Source: Thermodesulfovibrionales bacterium (GTDB lineage: Bacteria; Nitrospirota; Thermodesulfovibrionia; Thermodesulfovibrionales; SM23-35). Taken from it: a stretch of 64,000 nt of DNA. The stretch lies in contig JBNAVX010000020.1 of the NCBI GenBank assembly GCA_049700155.1, forward strand, positions 13,906 through 77,905. Direction: 5' to 3'. Shown piece after piece: positions 37,812 to 46,059 of the stretch (its first letter is position 1; each line of letters begins with the position of its first letter). The position numbers and the translations under genes are program-made. A model generated the notes under the pieces. The model made no database searches. It was not told the origin of the DNA and saw only the letters and a list, made by a program, of their open reading frames with translations.

Positions 37812-38050
37812 TGCATGTCGGAGAGACAATAAAAGTCATCGCATCCTTTGGTCTTCCCTACAAGATAAAACCCATAAAATTCAAGTGGGCTGGAAGGCTC
37901 TTCGACGTAAAGGAAATTACCTATATGTGGAAAACAAAAGAGGGGGGAAAAAATATTTATCACTTCTCTGTCACTGATGGGAAGTCTTTATATGAACTGG
38001 TTTTCGATACGGATTCCTTGATATGGAAACTCGAGAATCTCGAAACTTAG
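37811..38050 (+). CDS. Hypothetical 79-aa protein translationally coupled to lexA
   Basis: The ATG shares one nucleotide with the lexA TAA (TAATG). The composition looks beta-rich (IKPIKFKWAGRLFDVKEITYMW...). No family was recognised. Confidence 0.5.
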   Translation: MHVGETIKVIASFGLPYKIKPIKFKWAGRLFDVKEITYMWKTKEGGKNIYHFSVTDGKSLYELVFDTDSLIWKLENLET

Positions 38051-38077
38051 GTATATTATTTAAGGGTATAACGTATA

Positions 38078-38232
38078 GTTCCCGGGATTTCCCACCCAAA
38101 TATTCGAGAACTTATCATAAAGAGATATCGCCTTGTTTATAACACTGAGGAACCAGCGTTACTATTTTAGGGATTATCCATGGAAAAAGAGACTTGAAGG
38201 CTTTATGGGATAAAGAACAAAGGAAATTTTGA
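38078..38232 (+). pseudogene. RelE/ParE-family toxin relic (C-terminal half only, frameshifted)
   Basis: One frame reads VPGISHPNIRELIIKRYRLVYNTEEPALLF then TAG. The adjacent frame continues GIIHGKRDLKALWDKEQRKF then stop. Joined, these give the Y-R-(I/L)-(V/I)-Y...(I/L)HGxRD C-terminal pattern of ParE/RelE toxins. The N-terminal roughly 45 residues and an antitoxin gene are absent. Confidence 0.55.
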
Positions 38233-38245
38233 CCTGAGTCATGAC

Positions 38246-39463
38246 ATGTCAAAGATTATCCTCTGTGCAGATATGGATGCGTTTTTTGCCTCTGTGGAGC
38301 AGCAGACAAATCCACGCCTGAGAGGCAAGCCCATAGGTATTATAGGCTCCGGAGGAAGAACAGTCATTACTACTGCCTCATATGAAGCAAGAAGATTTGG
38401 CATAAAAACAGGGATGAACATATATGAGGCGAAGAAGACATTCCCTTCCTTAATCCTTGTAGCAGGAGATAATGAAAAATACACCCATACCTGTAAAGAG
38501 ATTGAAAAGATATACAATCAATTTACTCCTGATGTTGAGATCTATTCCATTGATGAGGCATTCCTTGACATAACAACAACCCATCACCTCTTTGGTGGTC
38601 CTGAGGCAATAGGCAAAACTATCAAAAAATTGATAAAAGAAAGATTCGGTATTAACTGCACTATAGGGATTGGTCCCAACATACTCATTGCAAAGCTCGC
38701 CAGTGACCTTTCAAAACCAGATGGACTCAGATGGATCAAGCCAGAAGAAGTGGAAGGTGTACTGGAAAATCTACCTGTAAAGGAACTATGGGGAATAGGC
38801 TCAAAGATTTCAGAGAGGCTCTCTGTCCTCGGGATTAGGACATGCGGAGAACTTGGCAGGGCACCTTCAAGCCTTCTCAGGAATAGGTTTGGCATCTATG
38901 GAGAAGCACTAAAAGCAATGGGCAAGGGAATATGTAACAGACCTGTTCAGATAAAACCTGAAGATGCAAAATCTGTTGGTCACAGTATGACCCTTCCTGA
39001 AGATATATGGGAGAGGGAAAAGATAGAAGCATACTTACTCATGCTCAGTGAGATGGTCGGGAGGAGAGCAAGGAAATATGGATACATAGGCAGGACAGTC
39101 TCTGTTGTTATTAGATACACTGACTTTGAAACATTCACAAAACAGACTACCCTTTTAGATTTTACAAACGATACTCATGTGATATTTCAGGGGACATTAA
39201 AAATAATTAATAAAATAAAGCTAAAAGACAGGATAAGACTCCTTGGTGTGTCCCTCTCAAACCTTATCAAAGACCCGAAACAGATACCATTGATTGAAAA
39301 AGAGAAAAAACGAAAGCATATCCTTCAGGCTATAGATTATATCAACGATAAATACGGAGATTTCAAAATTACATGGGGTTCTTATATCATGCAGAAAAGG
39401 AACTCAGGTGTGATCTCTCCCGCATGGAGACCATCAGGAATTAAGAGTGTAAGCGTGAAATAG
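38246..39463 (+). CDS. dinB: DNA polymerase IV (Y-family translesion polymerase DinB)
   Basis: 405 aa. ILCADMDAFFASVEQ and YSIDEAFLDIT catalytic motifs, plus an HhH and little-finger region. Confidence 0.95.
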   Translation: MSKIILCADMDAFFASVEQQTNPRLRGKPIGIIGSGGRTVITTASYEARRFGIKTGMNIYEAKKTFPSLILVAGDNEKYTHTCKEIEKIYNQFTPDVEIYSIDEAFLDITTTHHLFGGPEAIGKTIKKLIKERFGINCTIGIGPNILIAKLASDLSKPDGLRWIKPEEVEGVLENLPVKELWGIGSKISERLSVLGIRTCGELGRAPSSLLRNRFGIYGEALKAMGKGICNRPVQIKPEDAKSVGHSMTLPEDIWEREKIEAYLLMLSEMVGRRARKYGYIGRTVSVVIRYTDFETFTKQTTLLDFTNDTHVIFQGTLKIINKIKLKDRIRLLGVSLSNLIKDPKQIPLIEKEKKRKHILQAIDYINDKYGDFKITWGSYIMQKRNSGVISPAWRPSGIKSVSVK

Positions 39464-39535
39464 TTATGTTGAACAGAATATTTGATTATTTTACAAAGTT
39501 GCTCGTTGTATAGTGCAGGAATGATTTACCGTTTT

Positions 39536-39640
39536 GATAAAAAACATTGCAGTACAATCCCAATTGAGGTAGGAATACAAAATACAGGCCTCGGAGTTGT
39601 TCTTGCGCTCAAACATTTTTCCAATCAATCTGCTGTTACC
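39536..39640 (+). pseudogene. Internal fragment of a bile acid:sodium symporter (BASS/SBF) family transporter gene
   Basis: The translation ...STIPIEVGIQNTGLGVVLALKHFSNQSAV matches the conserved E-x-G-x-QN-x-GL...HF helix of BASS transporters. About 250 N-terminal and 30 C-terminal residues are missing. The surrounding 78-aa ORF runs into the ribD 3' end. Confidence 0.5.
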
Positions 39641-39652
39641 AAATCCTATTTA

Positions 39653-40756
39653 TTATTTTTCAATATAACCTTCAATCAATATATCTTCCCCTACCCTGCG
39701 TATCTTTATATCTCTTAAACGGTGTGCTTCTTCAAGCCTTCTGAATGATTTCCCCCCTACAGAAGGAAAAGACTCTCTCCCGCCGATAATCTTAGGGGAT
39801 ATGAAGAACATCACTTTATCTACAATTCCCTGTTCAAGTGCATTAGCATTAAATGATGAGCCTGCTTCAATAAGCACTGATGTAATCTCTTTTTCACCAA
39901 GTCTTTTCATAAGCCAATACAGATCAACCTTTTCACCTTCATATTCGATAATTTCAACGCCCTTGTCTAAGAGTATTTTTTTCTTTTTGTTGATTGTTGA
40001 TTGATGATTGATGATATCTACTCTTTTTGCAACTATTATTGTTTTCGGTGGTATCTGTAGAACCTTTGAATCTAAGGGTATATCAAGATTAGGGTCAACA
40101 ACAATTCTCACTGGATGCTTACCTCCCTTTATCCTTGCTGTAAGCTCAGGGTCATCTGCTTTGACTGTCCCTATTGCTGTCATAATTGCATCAACCCTGC
40201 TCCTCAATCGATGAACCATCTTCCTTGATTTTTCAGAAGTTATCCATTTAGATTGACCTTCAGGGGTTGCAATCTTACCATCAAGGGTCATTGCTACCTT
40301 CATAATTACAAAAGGAATACCTTGAGTAATATATTTAATATAAGCTTCATTTAACGTTTTTGCCTCTTTTTCAAGAATACCTGTCCTGACCTCTATGCCT
40401 GCATTCTGAAGCTCTGCTACACCTCTTCCAGAAACTTTTGGGTTTGGGTCTATCATACCTATAACAACCTCCTTGATTCCTGCAGAAATAATAGCTTTTG
40501 TGCAGGGAGGGGTCCTTTTCTCTGTATGACAACAGGGTTCAAGATTTATATATAGTGTGCAACCTCTGGCATCTTCCCCGGCTTTTTCTATTGCAAGGGC
40601 TTCAGCATGAGGCATTCCAGCCTTTTTATGAAAATCCTCTGAAATTATCCTGCCATCTTTGACAAGCACTGCTCCAACCATAGGATTAGGACTTGTCATA
40701 GAACGTGCTTTTGATGCAAGCTTTAACGCATATTTCATATAAAGTTCGTCATTCAT
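39653..40756 (-). CDS. ribD: Bifunctional riboflavin biosynthesis deaminase/reductase RibD
   Basis: 367 aa. HAEALAI and PCCHTEKRTPPC form the cytidine-deaminase zinc motif. A C-terminal RibD_C reductase domain follows. Confidence 0.95.
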   Translation of the reverse strand: MNDELYMKYALKLASKARSMTSPNPMVGAVLVKDGRIISEDFHKKAGMPHAEALAIEKAGEDARGCTLYINLEPCCHTEKRTPPCTKAIISAGIKEVVIGMIDPNPKVSGRGVAELQNAGIEVRTGILEKEAKTLNEAYIKYITQGIPFVIMKVAMTLDGKIATPEGQSKWITSEKSRKMVHRLRSRVDAIMTAIGTVKADDPELTARIKGGKHPVRIVVDPNLDIPLDSKVLQIPPKTIIVAKRVDIINHQSTINKKKKILLDKGVEIIEYEGEKVDLYWLMKRLGEKEITSVLIEAGSSFNANALEQGIVDKVMFFISPKIIGGRESFPSVGGKSFRRLEEAHRLRDIKIRRVGEDILIEGYIEK

Positions 40757-40819
40757 GTTTATTAGGATACCACAAAATTTTTCTTCTAAGTATCTCCCTT
40801 TTCTGTTATAATTATTTTA

Positions 40820-41224
40820 ATGAACCAGTTATGGATAGCATTAATAACTATCGCAGTTCTTGTAACAGCAGGTTTCTTAGTAGCGTTACTTATTGATTTG
40901 ATAAAATTGACCCGTTCTCTCACAGCATTCTTGAAAACAACAGAAGAATCTATAAAAGAAACACTGAATGATTTACATGAAGCAATCAAAAGCATTAAGA
41001 CTGTATCGGATAATATCCAGGACGTAACAGGCGATGTAAAGACATTCTCAAGGGCAATAAGGGATGCAGGAGAGAACGTACAACGTATTAACACTATGGT
41101 AGAAAAGATAAAATCCTCTGCCCTCATTGAGGCTTCAAGTCTTAAGGTTGGGTTAAAAACAGCCTTTGCAGTGTTAACAAGTAATCTTTTAAATAATTTA
41201 TTCAGGAAAGGAGGTAAACAATGA
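40820..41224 (+). CDS. DUF948-like membrane-anchored coiled-coil protein
   Basis: 134 aa. A single N-terminal TM helix followed by helical repeats (TLNDLHEAIKSIKTVSDNIQDVTGDVKTF), typical of DUF948. Confidence 0.55.
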   Translation: MNQLWIALITIAVLVTAGFLVALLIDLIKLTRSLTAFLKTTEESIKETLNDLHEAIKSIKTVSDNIQDVTGDVKTFSRAIRDAGENVQRINTMVEKIKSSALIEASSLKVGLKTAFAVLTSNLLNNLFRKGGKQ

Positions 41225-41532
41225 GAGAAGAAGGTGGATATGGTGTAGGAAGTATGTTCCTTTCTTTCTTACTCGGAGGTGTTGTTGGTGCAGCCCTTGC
41301 ATTACTTTTAGCCCCGCAATCAGGCCGAGAGACAAGAACCAGGATAAAAGATTTTGCTGAAGATGTTAAGGAAAAAGTCAAAGGTTATACTGAAGATGTT
41401 AAGGAAAAAGTGACATCATCTATAGAAAAGGGTAAAGAGCTCTTTGAAGAAAAGAAAACAGCTATAACAAAGGCTGTCGAGGCTGGTAAAGAAGCTTACG
41501 AAAAAGAGAAGGAAAGACTGGCTAAGGAATAA
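41221..41532 (+). CDS. YtxH domain protein
   Basis: 103 aa. GGVVGAALALLLAPQSGRETR is the YtxH signature. A lysine/glutamate-rich helix with an internal repeat (EDVKEKVKGYTEDVKEKV) follows. Confidence 0.7.
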   Translation: MREEGGYGVGSMFLSFLLGGVVGAALALLLAPQSGRETRTRIKDFAEDVKEKVKGYTEDVKEKVTSSIEKGKELFEEKKTAITKAVEAGKEAYEKEKERLAKE

Positions 41533-41533
41533 G

Positions 41534-41878
41534 ATGCATGAATTATCAATCGCTCAAAGCCTTCTTGATATTGCAGTAAAAAATTGTAAGGAGAATGGTT
41601 ATAAAAGGATAGAAGCTATAAAGGTTAAAATCGGGAGGGCATCGGGCATAATGCCCGATGCCCTCCTTTTTGCATTTGATGCAGTTAAGATTGGCACTAT
41701 TGCAGAGAAGGCAAGCTTGAATATAGAGGAAGTCCCTGTAAGCGGTTATTGTGAAAACTGTAAAAAAAGCTTCACTGTTGATGAAGCATTCATAATAAGC
41801 TGTCCCAAATGTGGAAATATTTCCCTAAGGATAGATACTGGAAGGGAATTACATATAGAAGAGATGGATGTGTTTTAA
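41534..41878 (+). CDS. hypA: Hydrogenase nickel incorporation protein HypA
   Basis: 114 aa. MHELSIAQSLL N-terminus, plus CENC...CPKCG zinc site. Confidence 0.93.
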   Translation: MHELSIAQSLLDIAVKNCKENGYKRIEAIKVKIGRASGIMPDALLFAFDAVKIGTIAEKASLNIEEVPVSGYCENCKKSFTVDEAFIISCPKCGNISLRIDTGRELHIEEMDVF

Positions 41879-41904
41879 AATATATTTCAGGGAGGTCTAT
41901 TAAA

Positions 41905-42549
41905 GTGAAAGTAAAAGTTGTATCACATATACTTGAGGCAAATGATAGAATTGCCGAAGAGAACAGGAAGCTCTTTGATAAATTAGGTGTGTATGTTATT
42001 AATCTTATGAGCGCTCCAGGAGCTGGTAAGACATCTCTTATAGAAAGGACGATAAAAGAAATTTCTGGAAAGATAAAGATAGGTGTTATTGAAGGTGATA
42101 TTGCTGGCTCAGATGATGCTAAAAGGATAAAGAGCCTAAACATCCCTGTTGTCCAGATAAATACAGGTGGCGCCTGTCATCTTGATGCAAATATGATTAG
42201 AGAAGTAATAGATGATTTTCCTCTTAAAGGACTTGATCTCCTTATTATTGAGAATGTTGGAAATCTTGTTTGCCCTGCTGAATTTAAAGTTGGGGAAGAT
42301 ATAAAGGTTATGCTCCTCAGCATAACAGAAGGTGATGATAAGCCACTCAAATATCCATTAATGTTTCAGGAATCTTCTGCACTTGTCTTAAATAAAATTG
42401 ACCTCTTACCATACACAAATGCAAACATAGGAAAGATAAAAAAGAATTCTCTTGCTCTCAATCCAAGATTAAAGATATTTGAAGTCTCCTGTAAGACAGG
42501 AGAAGGATTAAATAAGTGGATAAAATGGCTACAATCTCTGATAAAATAA
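41905..42549 (+). CDS. hypB: Hydrogenase nickel incorporation GTPase HypB
   Basis: The GTG at 41905 is preceded by GGAGG. GAGKTSL P-loop, ENVGNLVCP and NKIDL motifs. The longer tracked ORF (from 41809) would overlap hypA by 70 nt and is rejected as the start. Confidence 0.9.
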   Translation: MKVKVVSHILEANDRIAEENRKLFDKLGVYVINLMSAPGAGKTSLIERTIKEISGKIKIGVIEGDIAGSDDAKRIKSLNIPVVQINTGGACHLDANMIREVIDDFPLKGLDLLIIENVGNLVCPAEFKVGEDIKVMLLSITEGDDKPLKYPLMFQESSALVLNKIDLLPYTNANIGKIKKNSLALNPRLKIFEVSCKTGEGLNKWIKWLQSLIK

Positions 42550-42555
42550 TTATAA

Positions 42556-44961
42556 ATGGACTCGAGAGTAAAAATATTAGTAAAGGGAATTGTTCAGGGT
42601 GTAGGTTTTAGACCTTTTGTTTATAACCTCGCAAAATCTTTAAACCTCAAAGGCTTCGTTATGAATTCTTCAAAAGGGGTTACTATTGAAATTGAAGGTA
42701 ATGGTAGTTCTCTTTTTATTGAAAGACTTAACCATGAAGCACCTCCCCTTTCCCGTATCATGAGCATTGATGTTATCCCACTACCATTCTATGGTTATAG
42801 TGATTTCCGAATAGTAGAAAGCGAGGACGAGGGAAGTTTCACTCTCGTCTCACCAGATGTCTCTATATGTAAGGATTGTTTTAAAGAGCTCTTAGATATA
42901 AATGACAGGCGCTATCTTTATCCATTTATAAATTGCACTAATTGTGGGCCCAGATATACGATCACAAAATCAGTGCCTTATGATAGACCAAATACTACAA
43001 TGTCAGTATTCAAGATGTGTTCTGAATGCAATGAAGAATACCATGATCCTGAGGACAGACGATTTCATGCCCAGCCCAACGCATGTCCTGTATGCGGTCC
43101 TCATGTGAAGTTGATAGTTAATAATAAAAGGGGTAAAGCAGGAGTAAACGATAGCACCCCTAAAATTAATAAAAAAGAAAATCCTGTAAAAGAGACAATC
43201 AGACTTCTGAAGGATGGATATATTATTGCTATAAAAGGGCTTGGTGGTTTTCATTTAGCCTGTGACGCATCCAATAATGAAGCAGTAAATAAATTGAGGT
43301 TAAGGAAGAGGAGAAGTAATAAACCATTCGCACTTATGGCCCCTGACATTGAAACTATCAAAAAATTCTGTGAGGTCTCTGAAAAAGAAGAGGAACTTCT
43401 TTTATCTAATAAAAGACCTATTGTTTTATTAAAGAAGAAAGGAAACTACCTGCCTGAAGAAGTTTCTCCTAAAAATCCTTATCTTGGCTTCATGCTACCC
43501 TATACCCCATTGCATTACTTACTTTTTTACTTCCCTTTAAATTCCTCATATATAACTCATAACTCAGAACTCAGAACTAACTTTGATGCCCTCGTTATGA
43601 CGAGTGGAAATCACTCGGAAGAACCCATTGTTATTGATAATGAAGAAGCTATTTCTTCTCTATCCAATATCTCTGATGCGTTTCTTATTCATAACAGAGA
43701 TATATTTATGCGTGTTGATGACTCTGTTGTAAAGGTCTTCAGCCATAAAACCAATATCCTGAATAAACAGATAGCACTTTCATCTCATATCACTCAGTCT
43801 TTCACCCTATTTATTCGCCGTTCTCGTGGTTATGTCCCTGATCCTATTTTCCTCCATGAAGAAGGTCCTGAGGTTCTCGGTTGTGGAGCTGATATAAAAA
43901 ATACCTTTACACTTACAAAAGGAAACTTTGCTATACCGAGCCAGCATATAGGCGATATGGAAAACTATGAAACACTGATGTTCTTTGAAGAGAGTCTTGA
44001 AAACCTGAAAAAGGTTTATAGGGTTAAACCTGAAGCTATTGCATATGACTTACATCCTATGTACTTATCCACCCAGTGGGCACTCAAACAGAATAATATA
44101 AAAAAGATCGGGATACAACATCATTATGCTCATATTGCTTCTGTCATGGCTGAAAGAGGAATCACTGAAAAGGTTATCGGTGTATCATTTGATGGGACAG
44201 GGTATGGTACTGATGGAAACCTGTGGGGTGGAGAATTTCTGATAGCTGATATAAATGGTTTCAAAAGGGCTGGGCATTTTAGATATATTCCTCTTCCAGG
44301 CGGGGAAATAGCAGTGAGAGAACCATGGAGAACTGCTATAAGCTATATATGGAACACAGCTAGAGAGCAAACTATGTATTATATTGATTGTCTTGGTTTC
44401 CCTGATAGGTATGGTATAGAACAGATAAATAAAATTTTGAAGATTATAAATGAAAAACAGTTTTCACCTCTTTCATCAGGTGCTGGAAGGTTATTTGATG
44501 CAGTTTCATCAATGCTTGGTATATGTGACAGGAATACATTTGAAGGAGAGGCTGCGATAGCACTCGAATCTATAACACGATCAGACGTTTCTGGTGATTA
44601 TACAGTGAATATAATATCCAAGGATATACTTGAGATAGATTTTTCCCACACTGTTTTGGGAATTATAGAAGATCTCCTCAAAGGAGAAGACAGGGGTTTC
44701 ATTGCATCTAAGTTTCATAATACTATAGCTTCAGTCATTTTTAGGGTTGTTCAGAAACTCTCTTCATACAATAATACAGATATTGTTATTCTCAGTGGTG
44801 GAGTCTTTCAGAATATGTATCTTCTTGAAAGAACTATCTCATTACTTGAAGCAGCTGGGAAAGAGGTTTATACAAATACAAAAGTTCCATGTAATGATGC
44901 AGGGATATCCCTTGGACAGGCTTATATATTAAGAGAATGGATAAAATCAGGAAGAGAGTAA
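42556..44961 (+). CDS. hypF: Carbamoyltransferase HypF
   Basis: 801 aa. Acylphosphatase-like N-terminus (VQGVGFRPFVY), two CxxC-x18-CxxC zinc fingers, a YrdC-like domain and a Kae1-like C-terminal domain. Confidence 0.96.
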   Translation: MDSRVKILVKGIVQGVGFRPFVYNLAKSLNLKGFVMNSSKGVTIEIEGNGSSLFIERLNHEAPPLSRIMSIDVIPLPFYGYSDFRIVESEDEGSFTLVSPDVSICKDCFKELLDINDRRYLYPFINCTNCGPRYTITKSVPYDRPNTTMSVFKMCSECNEEYHDPEDRRFHAQPNACPVCGPHVKLIVNNKRGKAGVNDSTPKINKKENPVKETIRLLKDGYIIAIKGLGGFHLACDASNNEAVNKLRLRKRRSNKPFALMAPDIETIKKFCEVSEKEEELLLSNKRPIVLLKKKGNYLPEEVSPKNPYLGFMLPYTPLHYLLFYFPLNSSYITHNSELRTNFDALVMTSGNHSEEPIVIDNEEAISSLSNISDAFLIHNRDIFMRVDDSVVKVFSHKTNILNKQIALSSHITQSFTLFIRRSRGYVPDPIFLHEEGPEVLGCGADIKNTFTLTKGNFAIPSQHIGDMENYETLMFFEESLENLKKVYRVKPEAIAYDLHPMYLSTQWALKQNNIKKIGIQHHYAHIASVMAERGITEKVIGVSFDGTGYGTDGNLWGGEFLIADINGFKRAGHFRYIPLPGGEIAVREPWRTAISYIWNTAREQTMYYIDCLGFPDRYGIEQINKILKIINEKQFSPLSSGAGRLFDAVSSMLGICDRNTFEGEAAIALESITRSDVSGDYTVNIISKDILEIDFSHTVLGIIEDLLKGEDRGFIASKFHNTIASVIFRVVQKLSSYNNTDIVILSGGVFQNMYLLERTISLLEAAGKEVYTNTKVPCNDAGISLGQAYILREWIKSGRE

Positions 44962-44969
44962 ATATAAAA

Positions 44970-46058
44970 ATGGGGGAAAAGATGAAAGAGGTACCTAAAA
45001 AGATAAAGGATTTAATGAATAATATTAAAAGACCTGTAAAACTTATGGAAGTGTGCGGGACTCATACAGTAGCTATATTTAAACATGGTATCAGAGACAT
45101 CATTCCAAGAGAAATTACCCTTCTCAGCGGTCCCGGATGCCCTGTATGTGTTACAGCAATAAAAGATGTAGATATTGCAATAGCAATATCTAAGATGAAC
45201 AGCAACATATTATTTACATTTGGTGATATGATGCGAGTTCCGGGAAGTAAACAATCTTTTTATCAGGCACAAGCAGAGGGGGCAAATATAAAGATTGTTT
45301 ACTCTCCAATGGATGCTCTGGATTTTGCCCTAAAAAATAGGGATAGAAAAGTAATATTCTTTGCAACTGGTTTTGAGACAACCTCACCATCCATAGCAGG
45401 GACACTCTATGAGGCAGAAAAAGCAAATGCACAAAATTTTTATATATACTCTACTCATAAGTTGGTCCCACCTGCTCTGAAAGCACTTCTTGATTCAGGA
45501 GAAGTAAGATTAGATGGACTTATTTTACCCGGACATGTTTGCACAATTACAGGACCAAAACCATATGAATTTCTTGTTTCTGATTATAAGGTCCCTTCAG
45601 TAATAACAGGCTTTGAAGCTGAAGACATACTTCAGGGTATTATGATGCTCCTTGAGCAGATTGCATCAAATCAACCATCTGTAGATATTCAATATAAAAG
45701 AGCTGTCAGAAAAGAAGGCAATCCTAAGGCAGTATCACTCATAAATGAATATTTTGAACCATGTGATGCAAACTGGAGGGGGATCGGCACAATACCTCTG
45801 AGTGGTTTGAAATTGAAAGACAAATATAGCCGCTGGGATGCAACTAAAAAATTTGAAATCGATGTTCCTGAAGTTAAAGAACCAAAGGCATGCCAGTGTG
45901 GTTTTGTTCTTAGAGGAATAAAGATACCCACAGATTGCCCGCTTTTTGGGAAAACCTGTACTCCTGAAAGACCCGTTGGAGCATGCATGGTAAGTTCTGA
46001 AGGAAGCTGTGCAGCATATTTTAAATATGGATTTAAATATGGAAAGAGAGAAAATTAG
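44970..46058 (+). CDS. hypD: Hydrogenase maturation protein HypD
   Basis: MEVCGTHT and GPGCPVCV motifs. Start is either ATG 44970 or ATG 44982 (GGGGGA Shine-Dalgarno sequence upstream). The tracked start at 44937 overlaps hypF. Confidence 0.93.
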   Translation: MGEKMKEVPKKIKDLMNNIKRPVKLMEVCGTHTVAIFKHGIRDIIPREITLLSGPGCPVCVTAIKDVDIAIAISKMNSNILFTFGDMMRVPGSKQSFYQAQAEGANIKIVYSPMDALDFALKNRDRKVIFFATGFETTSPSIAGTLYEAEKANAQNFYIYSTHKLVPPALKALLDSGEVRLDGLILPGHVCTITGPKPYEFLVSDYKVPSVITGFEAEDILQGIMMLLEQIASNQPSVDIQYKRAVRKEGNPKAVSLINEYFEPCDANWRGIGTIPLSGLKLKDKYSRWDATKKFEIDVPEVKEPKACQCGFVLRGIKIPTDCPLFGKTCTPERPVGACMVSSEGSCAAYFKYGFKYGKREN

Positions 46059-46059
46059 G

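Noticed and set aside
37280-37963. 227-aa minus-strand ORF, the longest unassigned ORF in the track
   Set aside because: It lies entirely antisense to lexA and the coupled 79-aa ORF. Its translation is low-complexity (Ser/Pro/Phe/Ile-rich) with no recognisable motif, whereas the plus strand encodes an unmistakable LexA. It is a shadow ORF of an AT-rich coding region.
40757-40819. Possible FMN riboswitch upstream of ribD
   Set aside because: Only 63 nt separate ribD from the divergent DUF948 gene. That is too short for an RFN element, and none of the conserved RFN motifs is present.
41809-41904. N-terminal extension of the tracked hypB ORF, overlapping hypA by 70 nt
   Set aside because: The extension is non-conserved. 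A GTG with a GGAGG Shine-Dalgarno sequence at 41905 gives the normal HypB N-terminus.
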